Numbered from the stretch's first letter, positions 1-13,115 are shown. The stretch: 64,000 nucleotides of DNA from Callorhinchus milii (GCF_018977255.1 NW_024704743.1:41604001-41668000); one strand, 5' to 3'. Notes: generated from the sequence alone by a model not told the origin. A program made the numbers and translations.

Positions 1-212
1 CAGCAAGGGTGTGTAATTGGAGTGGAGGTGCAGATCAGCCATGATCCTATAATGGCGGAACAGGCTCGAGGGGCTGAATAATAATAATAATCCTTGCGTT
101 TGACATAGCACCTTATCACATCTTCGAAATATCTCAAAGTGCTTCACAGAACATACTGCAAAGTGAATTGACTGTATATTTTGTCGACAAAGACCTACTC
201 CTGTTCCTATGT
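1..212 (+). mobile_element. CR1 LINE 3' UTR fragment interrupted by a minus-strand SINE tail (~79-190)
   Basis: CR1-type end gcagatcagccatgatc...ggctcgaggggctgaat stops at ~79 and resumes as cctactcctgttcctatgtt at ~193. The intervening sequence is (taa)n tccttgcgtttgacatagcaccttatcac, the reverse SINE tail. Confidence 0.7.
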
Positions 213-446
213 TTACATTTTCAACTACAAGCATATTATGCCTTTGTTTTGGATGCAAGTTTCCATTTATTTACATTATTTTCCCATCCGGTCTCATGAT
301 GACACATCAGTATGACTGAGATACTTTGGTTTTATACAATATGAAATACAAAATTACATTTGTAAAGTGCCTTTCACATCGGGAGGACATTTCAAGGCGC
401 AGGGGACATCCTCCCAACATGGAAGGTGCTTGGAATTCTATGAAAA

Positions 447-660
447 ATAGAAATCTACAACTCAGAAGGAGGCCATTTGCCCATAAAGTCCTGAGTTTAC
501 AGAACTAGGGGATCAATTCAATCCAATCTATTCCCATACTTCTTCACGCCCCTCTCTTTCAGATTCCTGCTGACGTCCCCCTTGAAAGCCACAATTAACT
601 CCACCTCCACCACTCAATTCAGCAGGGCGTTCCACAATTAACATTCCTTTCAGTAAACTA
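447..660 (-). mobile_element. Degenerate CR1 3' fragment
   Basis: atagaaatctacaactcagaaggaggccatttgccc resembles the reverse complement of the CR1 3' end seen at 41900-41980. Confidence 0.5.
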
Positions 661-1995
661 ATGATATCTTTAGAAAAATAATTTTAGGTATGCCACAGCA
701 GCAATTAGAAGACAGCACAGGTTAGGGCCATTTTTTAGGACAGAGACACAAGAAGTATTGACACAGAAGGTAATTAACAATTGGTTACCAGGAGGAATGG
801 ATAAGCCCACAACACTGCATTTATCTAAGAAATAGCTTGAAGTTGTGATCAAAGACAAGGATGACCCCCAGTGATAAAGTAATGTGCTATGATCAACGAT
901 TAGTCAAATGCATTTAAACCGTTAACAAAAGGACATAGGTTTTGAGTTGTGAGGGGCAATTTTAGGACAGAGATAGAAGGAAAATTAATACTAGAACAAG
1001 TTGCCAGAAGGGGTGGTTGAGGTTAGGATACTGGACTCTTAAAAAAAACAGCTTGATACTGTAATGTAAAGACAATAGGGTCGGTATTCTGGAAGGATGA
1101 GATCAAATGGGCTGAAGGGCTTTCTTCATCCAAATCAAATTGATGATTTTGCAAATGGAAGAAGATAGAGTGGATATTCTGGATAGATGAGATAAAATAA
1201 GACAAGGGGTCTTCTTCACTGTATCTGTACTGTGCTCTCTTTTAGGTGATACTGGTGTTTTTCAGCTTTTGCTCCCAAATCTTCACAACAATAGATTTTG
1301 TATCTCAACCTTTTTTCGAATCAAATTTTTCCTTTTTTTTTAGGAAAAATACTAAGAATTATCCTGGTTAAAACAAGAGATGCTTACATTTTGTTTTGGA
1401 AAAAGAAAAACAATTTGTTATTGGCTCACCTTGTTTTGTGATCCTTCTAAATGATAAATTTCCAGCTCTTGATCAGGTTCAGATAACCTTCATTTAATCT
1501 TTCATATATTTGCTTTAGTTTTCCATTCTGCTCTCGCATTTATATTCTTTTTCTCTAGCAAAGATAAAGGGAGCACACTACATTCTTCTCCAGCACCCAT
1601 TTAATAATAATATTATTATTATATTATTACTATTTTTATTACATTTAAGTGTAAATATAAATAATGACTGCTGTAAGAGAGTTAATTCAGTTTATAGTTT
1701 ATTCTGTGAAATGCATTGAGACATCTCGAAAATGTGATAAGGCGCTATATCAAATGTCATTATTATTATAATTATTATATAAGACTGTAGTAATGTATTG
1801 GACTGTAAAAATGAAATGAACAGAAATATAGGTATATAAAGGACAATGGGATATACATGAATATAAGATGGCATGGGACTATAATGATGTACAGTACTCT
1901 AGGGATATACATGACAATATGACATGTATAAGATCACAAAACACCATTACAAAACACTAACCTTCCATCTGGTCTTATATGTCTTATAGTCATGT

Positions 1996-2830
1996 CCATC
2001 ATATAGCTGATGAGGAAACTCTGAAGCTTGGGGTGACAGATGCTGGAAGGCATTACCTGGAGTCTGAGTTTGTGAACACGTGTGTGTATGTCCAGTGCCT
2101 GAAATCCACCTTGATTTGTTAGCAGAGAAGTAAGGAACTACTGCTCAAGCTTTTCACCACCAACTTCTATTTCTCAATAGAAACGGATGTGCGTCTGAGC
2201 TGTGGGCAGGAAGATGGTCGCAATGCTCTCACACACTTCATGCTGACCAGCATTGTTGACTGGGAAATTCACAGGGAATTCCTAATTCCCGTCATCCACC
2301 TCGTGAGGGCTCAAACTTGAGTGTGTCAGATATGAAATGACGAACTAATGACTATCCTCCTTGGGGAAGGGAGATAAATGGGGTCTCATTGGACTTAGAT
2401 TGGCTCCAAGATTAAATGTTTGGCAATAGAATATCAAAATCAAGCCAACCTTGTTTGGCGGTACTCAGTAGTCCAGTTTCTGACAAGGGTGGGTCCGCAG
2501 TGCTGTTAGGCACTGCTGATGGCAACCTAACCAAGCTGACAGATTGGCAGACCAGTCATTGGAGTAGGGATTCTTCCCATTCATCTCCTGTGGGACGTCC
2601 TCCCGAAGTGAAAGGAGCTATACAAATGCAATGTTGTTGTTGTTAACCCTACAAGCCAAAGTCCTAATGGCTAGGGTGGTCCTAACTTGAGAAAGCTTTC
2701 CAGATAGTGCCCTTAATGGCAGGCTATTCATTTTTAGCTGTTGATACTCCAGCAGTATCCTGATGCAGTGGGATGCAGGTAAATCTCAGTTTGGTTTGCA
2801 TACTCTTCTGCATGTGTCAGCTAACAAAAA
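1996..2830 (+). repeat. Unclassified interspersed repeat, copy A (homologous to 52431-53370)
   Basis: Colinear blocks shared with copy B, e.g. gctggaaggcattacctggagtctgagtttgtgaacacg and caagccaaagtcctaatggctagggtggtccta. Carries an L2 tail insertion at ~2592-2643. Strand is relative to copy B. Confidence 0.75.
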
Positions 2831-3176
2831 ATGCAAATAAATATTTGTCCAATTTCCAATACTTCAAAATGAATTTTTTTAAGAAGGAGCCTTAGTCAGG
2901 ATAACGGGTTCACCGTCAACAGGTGTCTGTATTCTGTATTCTGTGGAATAATTTATGGAATAATCAAACATAGATCACATCTTTAAAACAAAGGTTTTGA
3001 TTGGCATTCTGGTGGAATAAATAGAAGTAAAATAGATGCCTCTAAGAGGGGTTATTCTAAACACAGACCTATATTTTCTTAAATATATATATGTTAATAT
3101 ATATTATTATTATAATAATAAAATAATATATATTATTATTGTTATTATAAGTATACTAGCCTTTATCCTAATGCAG

Positions 3177-3301
3177 TCTATTTTCCTTTAAAATTCCCAA
3201 ACAACATTTCTAATGGTATCTTAGCCTTAATGATCCAACATGAAACATCAATTACATGCATTACTCTGGAATCATTTGGAATCTGGTTCATCAGATCAAT
3301 C
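3177..3301 (+). CDS. Candidate coding exon (phase 1 to 0), peptide YFPLKFPNNISNGILALMIQHETSITCITLESFGIWFIRSI; product unknown
   Basis: Acceptor cctttatcctaatgcag, strong donor ATC|gtaagt, open frame, phase-compatible with 5263-5315. No homology recognised. Confidence 0.28.
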
Positions 3302-3311
3302 GTAAGTCTTG

Positions 3312-3616
3312 TAATAATCCTTGCATTTGATATAGCGCTTTTCACGTCGGGAGGACGTCCCGAAGTTCTTCACAGAACACACTGTAAAGTGAATTGATTG
3401 TATATTTGTGGGCGAATGCGGCAGCCAATTGCGCACAGCAATGTCCCACAAACAGTCGTGGATTGAAAATGACCAATTTATAATTGTGTTGTTTTGGAGG
3501 GATTATTATTAGGCGAGTGGAGTAAGGAAACTTGCCCAAGGCTTCGCCCTGCCTGGAATTGAACTCAGGTCTCACTTGCAAAGCGAGTGATCTAACCACT
3601 GAGCTACAGGACTCCA
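3312..3616 (-). mobile_element. Full-length young tRNA-derived Deu-domain SINE with L2-type tail
   Basis: Reverse complement of head TGGAGTCCTGTAGCTCAGTGGTTAGA (A box) and GAGTTCAATTCC (B box), core GCTGTGCGCAATTGGCTGCCGC, tail GGGACGTCCTCCCGACGTGAAAAGCGCTATATCAAATGCAAGG(ATT)n. Confidence 0.92.
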
Positions 3617-3675
3617 CAAACTAATAGGATCAAAAAAGACACTGAACTAAATTGCAACCCAGAAGCAACTCAGAT

Positions 3676-4675
3676 TTGTTCCTCAGGGCTCTGTCCTTGA
3701 TCCCCTCCTCTTCAACCTCTACATGCTCCCGCTTGGTAACATCATCCGCAGACATGGGATCAACTTCCACAAATATACAGATGACACCCAATTCTACCTC
3801 TCTGTCTCCACCCTCGATTCCAGGACAACTGATGTCCTGACAAACTGTCTGTCTGACATCAAGTCCTGGATGAGAGCCAACTTTCTACAGCTGAATGTCA
3901 GCAAGACTGAAGTCATCCCAATTGGCTCGTGCCTGCACCTCAGCACTTCAGGCAATGGCAGCATCAGCATCCATGGTTGCACATTCCACCTCACCAAGCC
4001 AGTTAGGAACCTGGGCATCTTGTTCGACCCTCAACTGTCTTCTCTCCCCCATATCTGTGCCATGATCCGCTCTACCATTCCCCACCTCCACAACATTGCC
4101 CAACTCCACCACTGCCTCACCCCTGAGGTTTGCCAAAACCTTCATAAACACATTCGTCACTTCAAGACTTGACTACGGAAACTCTTCCGCACCAGGCTCC
4201 GTGACCCCATGACCTCCACCCTCACCCAGCTCCACTGGCTCTTTATCCCTCAGAGGATAGAATTCAAAATCCTCGTCTGCACTTTCAAGGTCCTCCACGG
4301 TCTTGCCCCCTCCTACCTCTCTGGCCTGCTAACCCCCTATCAACCTGTCCGCTCCCTCTGTTCAGCAGGCTCCAGCCTGCTCCATGACTCTCGCCCGACC
4401 AGCCCCACTATCGGCAGCCGGGCTTTCAGCCTCTCTACCCCCACCCTTTGGAACTTCATCCCACAATCCCTTCACCTCACTCTCTTTCTTGCCTTCTTCA
4501 AGGCACAACTCAAGACCCTCCTTTTTGACTGTGCCTTCACCCACCCTCCTACCCTGCCTGTCCTCCCTCATCCCAACCTTGGTCCCCGCACTCAGATCCT
4601 GATCCCTGACTGTTCAGCACCTTGAGACATCCTCCTGATGTGAAAGGCACTTTACAAATGTAATTTTGTTGTTGT
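3676..4675 (+). mobile_element. 5'-truncated L2 LINE (RT C-terminal part of ORF2 plus 3' tail), decayed
   Basis: VPQGSVL.PLLF-like start, YTDDTQFY (YADD motif), WMRANFLQLNVSKTEVI, LHWLFIPQRIEFKIL; ends gagacatcctcctgatgtgaaaggcactttacaaatgtaatt(ttg)n. Confidence 0.93.
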
Positions 4676-4765
4676 TTTTGATGCTAATTCACTAACTGCC
4701 CAATTTGTTCTAAGTCAGTCAATTTCAGGTCCAAATGGATCTTTTAAGATAAATGTGCAATGCAC

Positions 4766-4790
4766 AGAGAGAGAGAGAGAGAGAGAGAGA
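4766..4790. repeat. (AG)n microsatellite
   Basis: agagagagag... run read directly. Confidence 0.95.
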
Positions 4791-5262
4791 ACAATTTTTC
4801 TGAATGGGTGGGGGGAAAAAATTCAAGCTGACATGGTGGGCAATAGAATGTCAGAATCAAGTCAAGCATCTATGCTGCTTGTCTAGTTCTTGAGGTTTTT
4901 GGGTCCACATTATTCAAAGATGCTGCAGTTACCCTGCAAGCCCGTCTGTCATCAGCAGTGCCTTGACCTATTGTGGACTCACCTGTCTATCAATCCTCCC
5001 ACAGAGGTTGAACTGAATTTGATAATTCCATTGTGAAGCACATCATCTTGGAGCCAAATGGGACAAACTCGGCATGTTATTTTTCTCTCTTTGACTTTGC
5101 ACTTTCTATGTTAGGTATTTCCTCTTTATTTGCGCCTAAACAACACACAAATAAAATATTTATGATCAACAACAATATTGATTAATCGCCAGTTAAGGAA
5201 TTGTTGTATCCTGTCTCTCCCATTCCCTCTCCATATCTTGAATTTTGTGTTTGCTTTACCAG

Positions 5263-5315
5263 GTGAATGCTTTGCTCATGAGACAAATTGCATCATTTGG
5301 CAAAATGGCAGATGG
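5263..5315 (+). CDS. Candidate coding exon, peptide VNALLMRQIASFGKMAD(G); alternative frame ECFAHETNCIIWQNGRW also open
   Basis: Good acceptor ttttgtgtttgctttaccag, donor TGG|gtggga, phase-compatible with neighbours. Confidence 0.25.
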
Positions 5316-6089
5316 GTGGGAAGCAAAGATTAATACAAGACAGACAACAATTGCATTTTACATTAACTGACAATTAAAATCACAGCCAATTACCTGGTTC
5401 AGAATTGTAAGCAACTGATTTAGCTTACTGCTTTGGTGAACAAGTTTTACCAACAGCAATGAATGGGACTTGAAAATGATAAATTCGAGGGTGTATTTTT
5501 TAAATAAGCATTAGATGAAACTAACCCGTTTTCCTTTATGCAAATGTTATTCTTTATTATCCCTTGCTTACAGGTAAATGCTTGACTATCAATTTCCTCC
5601 TACATCCCTGAACATTAAAATCCATTTAAAAAGAAATCCACTTACAATCTGTCTTTGAGTCACGTAAAAAGATTTCATTAATAACCTATTACAAGATTAT
5701 TCAAATTCTTATTTGTTGGTTAACATGGCTGTTTATATCACTGTGGCCAGCAGACCAAAGATAATTAATCCATATTACTAATTAATTAAGAATTATTTGT
5801 AAACAGCATGCTTAAATTACATTATATTGTTCTAGTGAAGGATTACAATGTTATTCTTTGACTTCCAATCCTCTGGGTACAGGATAACTTTTTTTGGCTT
5901 TATTATGCAGGGTTGACTGCAAATAAAACAAGCCTCTATTTACTAACAGAATAGAACAAGCCTTGATAATAATAATCCTTGCGCCTTATCACGTTGTTGA
6001 GATATCTCAAAGCACTTCAAAGAATACACTGTAAAATGCTGTGACTGTGTATTTTCTCGCCTAAGGTACTTTGAAATTAAGTATCAGAT

Positions 6090-6350
6090 TGGAAGGGCAC
6101 AGAATCAATCAATACCCCATACTGAGTTTGGTGATCCAGAGCAGGATAACTGTATGTCTTACAATAAAGCTATGTGGAAAGGTCGGTAGAATGGGACTAA
6201 TTTCATAGGTCTTTCCAAGTGCCGGCACAGGCACAATGGACTGAGTGTCCTCGTTCTGCGCTATAAACTTCTATGATTCTACGAACTGACCTCAAACCTC
6301 CAGTCTAGGGAGGGGATAATTAGACAGGGTCTACATTTGTGATTGCATTA
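6090..6350 (+). mobile_element. Ancient LF-SINE-like relic interrupted by a CR1 3' end (~6170-6281)
   Basis: actgagtttggtgatccagagcagg...ctagggaggggataattagacaggg resembles the recalled LF-SINE body. The insert ends cttctatgattcta (CR1 tail). Confidence 0.4.
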
Positions 6351-6360
6351 AGTCATTCAA

Positions 6361-6735
6361 ATAATAATAATAAATAATAATAATCCTTACATTTGATATA
6401 GCACCTTTCACATCTGGAGGATGACTCAAAGAGCTTTACAGGATATACTGTAAAGTGCAATTTGTAGGCAAAAGCTGCAGCCAATTTACGCACAGCAATG
6501 TCCCACAAACAGACATGAAGTGAATGACCAATTCAGGGGGAGATCGCTGACCAGAAAATCATAAAAATTCCCTTCTGTTTATGAATAGTACCTTGGGATC
6601 CATAACGTCTACCTGAACACGCAGACAGGATGCAAGTTTAACTTCTCATGTGAAGGATGGACCTCCAACATCCCAGTACACCCCAACCACCTTGTTGGAA
6701 TGCCAGCATAGACTATATGGGTTCCAAGTCCTGAC
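6361..6735 (-). mobile_element. Older Deu-domain (SacSINE1/AmnSINE-like) SINE
   Basis: (taa)n tail, gcagccaatttacgcacagcaatgtcccacaaacag core, then gaatagtaccttgggatcc...gtttaacttctcatgtgaaggatggacctccaaca body. Confidence 0.75.
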
Positions 6736-6741
6736 CTATAC

Positions 6742-8165
6742 GTCCCTCCCTGGACACCCCCTGGACGTATCCCTGCTCTCAAACTACTGCCCAATTTCCG
6801 ACCTTCTTTTCCTTTCCAAGGTCCTGGATGAGTCGTTACTTCACTCCTTCCTCTCCCGCCACTCCCTTCATGAATCCCTCCAATCAGGTTTCCGTGCTGC
6901 CAACAGCACAGAAACAGCTTCGGTCAAAGTGACAAACGACATTTTGTCCATCTGCCACCAGGGTTCTCTCTGCCTCCTCCTCCTCCTTGATCTCTCTGCT
7001 GCCTATGTTACCAACGACCGCTCTATCCTCCTCCACCACCTCTCCTCTCACCTCAACATTCATGGTTCTATCCTCGAATGGTTTAGATCCTACCTCTCAA
7101 ACCGTTTCCCCTTGATCTCCACAAACAGTTTCTCTTCTAGACCCCGGACCATCTCGTGCGGCATTCCTCAGGACTCATCCTCCCCTCCTCTTCAATATCT
7201 ATATGCTCCCTCTTGATGACATCATCCGCAGACATGGGATCAACTTCCACACGTATGCGGATGACACCCAACTCTACCTCTCTGCCTCCTTGACTCCAGG
7301 ACCACTGCTGTCCTGACAGGATGTCTGTCAGATATCAAGTACTGGATGAGAGCTAACTTTCTTCAGTTCAACGTCAACAAGACCAAGACCCTCCTGATTG
7401 GCTCCCGTCATCGCCTCCACACCTCAGGCACTGACAGCATCACCATCCATGGATCCACACTCCACCTTACTGAGCCAGTCCAGAACCTTGGCGTCTTGTT
7501 TGACCTTGAATTATCCTTTCTACCCCACATCCATGCCATGACCCGCTCTGCATTTCCCCATCTCCGCAACATTACCTGGATCCGCCACTGTCTCACAACG
7601 CAGGCCGCCAATACCCTCATACAAACATTCAGAACATTCAGGCTTGACTATGTAAACTCCCTGCTTTTCCGTCTCCCCAACTGCTTCCTGCACAGGTGGC
7701 AGATCATCCAGAAGTCTGAAGCCCATGTCCTCTCCTGCACCAGACTCTCTGACCCTATTACCACCATCCTTGCCTGCCTCCACTGGCTTCCCATCATACA
7801 GAGGATACAGTTCAAGATCCTGGTCTTCACCTTCAAAGTCCTCCATGGCCTTGCTTTCCCTACATCTGTGACTTTCAGTCCCCTACCGCTCTGGCCTGCT
7901 TCATTTCCCCTGTCTCGCCCGCCCCACTATTGACGGGTGGGCCTGAATCCACTCTGCCCCCACTTTCTGTAATTCCATCCCACAGTCCTTCTGCCTTGTC
8001 CCCTCCCTTTCCTCCTTGAAAACCCTCCTCTTCGACCGTGCCTTCCCCTGACCTCCACCCTCCCCAGTCCCAACCTCCAGCTTGTCCGAAACACTATCCA
8101 GCATTTTAGGACATCCTCCCAATATGAAAGGCGCTATACAAATGTAATTTTGTTATTGTTGTTGT
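6742..8165 (+). mobile_element. 5'-truncated L2 LINE, RT domain to 3' tail, decayed
   Basis: NYCPISDLLFLSKVL, QSGFRAANSTETA, LLLLDLSAAY, tatgcggatgac (YADD) at ~7254, DYVNSLL, LHWLPIIQRIQFKIL; frameshifts; (ttg)n tail. Confidence 0.95.
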
Positions 8166-9162
8166 AATATAAGCATTGCTGGTTCCAATTGCTTCTTCTG
8201 GTATTGGGTTTTCAGTTGTTGCATTTCTTAAGGGGTAGGTAGGTGCCATGGAAACAGTCCAAGAGGTAGGTTTTGTGTTTTGACTTAAGGGACAGAAAGA
8301 GAGGAGGAAAAACAAGAGAGAAACAAGCTTGAGAATTAAATCAGGGATATTATTAATATTGATCTCAAGAGTAATTTATTTTTTAATTCATCTAAAGAAC
8401 AGTCCTATAAGCAACAATTGGTCATGCCTCACCAGTGTATTAGAATTTTCACTTGCCCAATTGGAAGTATTAATTTGAATTTTCGGATGATTGGCATGTC
8501 ATGGAAGATTTCCAAGGAAACCCATTAAATTAATGGGATATTAGTTGGGCATATTGGAAAAATGGCTGAACAGTAGTCACCACAAAGTAATTATAAATAG
8601 AAAACTCTTTGCCAGGAACACTGACAAGCACTTATGATACCATAATACTATTCTGATTCTTCTCCAATTCATACTATGGTATTCATAAATGACTTAGATG
8701 AACGGCACTTGTAATATATTAAACATTTTTGATATATCCAAACTACAGTTGATGAAGAATTGAGCTTACTACCTGAAAAGAACATTGTTATATTGTAAAG
8801 GGATCATGGAAGAACAAGGAAGATCTCAAAGGTAACGTTCTGAGTCACAAAGAACAGATCCTATAGATAGTGGCAATCAACGACATGTTAAGGTGCTATA
8901 TCAATTGAAAGGATTATTATTATCATTACAGAACAGAAGATTAAGGCAGGACATACAATACAATAAAGTTTACATTTATATACCATATTTCATACGTTTT
9001 TAAATGTTGTCTCAACCAAAGAAGCTCTCAGGTCATTTGAGTAAACCATCATATTCAACTAACAGTAAATAGCCTGTGCTCAATAATACCAAAAACTTAA
9101 ATGACAAAACCTTTTTTGCCATTAAATTGTGACTCTTCCAGAGATTATATTTTCTGTTGTAG

Positions 9163-9220
9163 GAATTTGGCTGCGTTTACATTGCCACAAAAAATACTAT
9201 GGAACTTATATCCTTTATCG
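9163..9220 (+). CDS. Candidate coding exon (phase 2 to 0), peptide NLAAFTLPQKILWNLYPLS
   Basis: Acceptor ttatattttctgttgtag; weak donor TCG|gtttgg; phase-compatible with 5263-5315 and 11647-11753. Confidence 0.22.
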
Positions 9221-9901
9221 GTTTGGAGAAAATCCACCACAATTTCAACTGTTATATTTCAATGTTTACTGAATTCTGATAGCTCATGGGTTATAAACTA
9301 AATTGAATCAAAATCGAGGGCTTAGCATTAGCGTTGAAGTTCCATCAACAATTAAGGAATGCTTCTCCTTTCAACTCGCCCAGCAGTGACATTAAATACC
9401 TGGGAGTCCGGGGTTATAGTACTTAACTCAACAATGGTCACCTCCTCTCTCTCCTCTCCCTCGCTCAGTGTCTGACCCATCCACTGTGCATTGCTCCAAA
9501 ATGTTATCCTGTGGGAATGGTGCTATACAATAATAATAACATAATAAATATAAATGCAAGTTGTTGTTGTACACTATTGGTTCTATAACAGTAACTTCAC
9601 CTCTCTGTTGACTGATTTGTGAAACAATATTGAGAAATCGATTTTCCTTTTTTGCTGGGACCATGTGAGCAAATAATTGATGTACATTGCTCCACAGCAT
9701 TGGGGAGCCAGGACACTGGAAGAAACTCCTATCTCTTTCCTAATCATGTTGTGGGATCTATAATGTGAACAGACAGATTTTACAGAGATGAGAGTTAAAC
9801 AATTGGAGGGGGAACAAACAAAAACATAAATCTCAACAATCAATCCATTGTTTGGTACAGTTAGGAACTGCAGAGTCAAATGCAATACAATTTACGTTAC
9901 A

Positions 9902-10227
9902 TGGAGTCCTGTTGCTCAGTGGTTAGAGCACTTGCTTTGCAAGCGAGAGACCTGGGTTTGATTCCCAGCAGGGTGAAACCTTGGGCAAGTTTCCTTACTC
10001 CACGCACCTGATTATAATCCCTCCAGAACAAAAAAACAATAATAAATTGGTCACTTCAATCCATGACTGTTTGTAGGACACTGCTGTGTGCAATTGGCTG
10101 CTCCGTTTCGCCCACAAAAAAAATTCTGTCAGTTCACTTTACAATATATTCTGTGAAGTGATTTGAGACTTCTAGAAGATGTGAAAAGTGTTATGTCAAA
10201 TGCAAAGATTATTATTATTATTATTAT
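9902..10227 (+). mobile_element. Full-length tRNA-derived Deu SINE, TAGAA-loop tail variant
   Basis: tggagtcctgttgctcagtggttagagcac head; tail gagacttctagaagatgtgaaaagtgttatgtcaaatgcaaag(att)n. Confidence 0.9.
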
Positions 10228-10809
10228 TTGTATAGCTATTTTCGCGACAGGAAGACGCCTCAGAGTACTTTTGAACATCTCAAAGTCCAACCTACACTTG
10301 ACTGGAAAATGCTACCTTCAGTCAAAACAACAACAATAAATTGATTTACATTGTGCCTTTCATGTTGGGAGGATGTGAAACAGCTACTGTATGCACATCG
10401 TCCACCTCACTAACCGCAACATACCATTATCAAGATTTCAGTCTTTTTTTAACTCAGACTCACCCCTAGTTGAACCAAGAAATATAACTGATAATTGATA
10501 TACTTTGTCAGTATGTTTTACAGTCAAAAGATATGTATACCAAGCTGGGTCCAGATTCCATTGATGGTTTGAATTCTTTTTGTTAGAGCAAATATGGATA
10601 TAGAATTTTGCTGATGGGATAAGAAAGCTTTAGAATGGTCTTATCACCAGCTGCCATTTATAAATTGAGTAACAAGACAAAATCTGAAGGCAGGGCTTAA
10701 ATGATTGTCCAATCCTGATATGGACAGGTGTGTGCCTCTGCTCAGTCTATCTGCTTCTGTGGGGCCACGTAAGTATTGTTAGAGATCAAAAATATTTCAA
10801 TCATTAAGT

Positions 10810-11063
10810 AAGCAGGAAACCGGTTGTTAGTCGATTGGCACATCACTTTCCGGGGATGATAATCCCTTCAACAAAAAAAAATCCTAAATTGGTCACTCAA
10901 TCCACGATTATTTGTGGGACACTGCTGTGTGCAATTGGCTGCCGTGTTTGACCCACAAAATATACAGTCAATTTACTTTACAGTATATTCTGTGAACTTG
11001 CTTTGAGATGTCTCAAAGATGTGATAAGGCACTATATCAAATGCAAGGATTATTATTATTATT
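10810..11063 (+). mobile_element. 5'-truncated SINE variant with an extra internal segment
   Basis: Core and tail as other copies; 10810-10865 matches the reverse complement of 58626-58671. Confidence 0.8.
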
Positions 11064-11646
11064 AATCACTGTAGCAAGCACAAACCTATCATTTGGACAT
11101 ATGCTTGTGAACATATTGCCAAGAGTACAAAAATATCTGCTCATGAGGAAAATTGGATTCTGTTATTTTAAACTATAGAGGAAGCAACAGCAAATGTATT
11201 GTTTAAGTTGTGTGTATGTTTAATTAAAACATGTAGGGAGAAATCGTTCACAAGATAATGAAGATCTACAGAATCCATCAGTGACACATCCTGTGAATAT
11301 CGCTGTAGATAAACAAGTCTGGGGCAGGATATTTCTGAACAAATCAAATTTTTCCAAGAATTCTGCTGTGTGACTAATCATGCTTTCCATTACATTTTCT
11401 AACACAACTTTTTCGAGCAAACTAGGCTGAAAATGCATCATTTCATAACAGACTTGATATGACAATTTTCACGTCAAACATGTTATGAAATGTTTCAAGC
11501 CGATAAACTTCACAAATTGTATTTACCAATATGAAACTTCTTCAATTTGATGTCACCTCACAGGTATATTAATCTTCTTTATTACAGACAAGGTTTGCTG
11601 TAATTTATTTTCTTATTAATTTCTCTCTAATTTTCTTCCCTCCTAG

Positions 11647-11753
11647 CTTGACTCATGCTGGGGTACTGTTCTTTATGCATTTCAAATGTTGCAGCCAAAA
11701 TTATATTCTTCAAATACAAGTCTGAATGATGAATATTGGCAGGCTGTTCAACC
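11647..11753 (+). CDS. Candidate coding exon (phase 0 to 2), peptide LDSCWGTVLYAFQMLQPKLYSSNTSLNDEYWQAVQ(P)
   Basis: Very strong acceptor ttttcttattaatttctctctaattttcttccctcctag with a ctaat branch-like site; single open frame up to donor ACC|gtaggt. Confidence 0.33.
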
Positions 11754-13043
11754 GTAGGTGAATCTAATCCAACCTGTTCCCTCACCTGATCACTGACACC
11801 ATCACACAAACACTTACCAAGACTTTAAAAGTGATGTTTGTATTTTGCAAGATTTCCCCAAATAGGAAAGTTTAATTAATAGATAGCTGCCTAAGTTCGT
11901 TGGCATCTTTGTGCCTAAGGTTGGTAACATCAGGTTTAATTTGCAGCATTTCATAACTCAATACTTGTGATAATTAACACAGGTAACACCTCATGAGACA
12001 TTGTAAATGTAGGCCCATAAGCTTGTGTTGTCACTGTATTTGTGCAAATGTGAACACATTCAAATTATTCAGCAAGTATCCAGGAATTTGTTTTCCTTTT
12101 TTAAAAAATAGACTTAGTGAGGATGTATGGATAAGTAAAAGCATCATATTCACACTGAATTAATCCAAACTGGAGCAAATATGTGTGTAGATATGCAGTG
12201 TTGGAATGTGAATAATTGGGGTGTTTTAGATTCAGATCCACCTGTCGGTTTCCTTCATATAAGTGTAGAGAAAGCAAAGAGGCCAATTTATTCATCTAGG
12301 CATATGTGATGTTACTGTATTAATTTGCTACTCTTTGAAGTGTTTAAAATACATTTACGAATGAGTTTATAAATCTATGCTGCTGTTACAAAAAAAGGAT
12401 GAGACATTAAACCAAGGTCCTATCTGCCCAGACAAAAATCCCCCTAATAAAATTGGTCATTCATTTTATGGCATTTGTGGGTCAATGCTGTGCACAAATT
12501 GGCTGGCGCATTCAATCAGAAAATACAGTCATTCTACTTTACAGTGATGTATCCTCCTGACATGAAATATCAAATGGAATTTATATTTGTATAGCTCCTT
12601 TCACATCAGGACAAAGTTTCAAAGCATTTGACACTGCTGTAAATCTAAAGGTTATTTATTATTTTACATTTTTTTAAAGAAATCTACAAAAAGAGGAAAA
12701 TCATTTATAAATGATTGTGGTATGAATTAATAAGTAATAAAGACTGAAACTCCCTATGGGATTTTTTGGTGGATTATCTTGGAAAATCTTTCTATTAATT
12801 TAATGTGGGTCATATCTGACTTCCTTTGACCTAGTTTTATAAAAAATGCATAGAGACCTTGGTCTTCATTTCCAAATGTACTCATTGAATTTTATTGAAG
12901 AAAAGCATGAAAATCTAGTTACTGATATCATTATAGTTGCAGGGTTGCTGATCACTAAAGATAATCAATGAAACCAGATGAGTGAGTTCAGGACAATAAC
13001 AATGAGAGACCATTGAAATCCATATTACTGAAAATTATTAATT

Positions 13044-13115
13044 TTCCTGGTGGTCCAATGGTTAGATTTCGATACACTCACCTATGTGGCCTGGCTTTGT
13101 TTCCCAGTCAGAGAA
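13044..13115 (+). pseudogene. Decayed tRNA-Glu(CTC) pseudogene
   Basis: 72 nt, gap-free against the recalled vertebrate tRNA-Glu-CTC (TCCCTGGTGGTCTAGTGGTTAGG...CCCGGTCAGGGAA), about 53/72 identical by manual count. CTC anticodon retained; many CpG transitions; T-loop GTTCGA broken. Confidence 0.8.
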
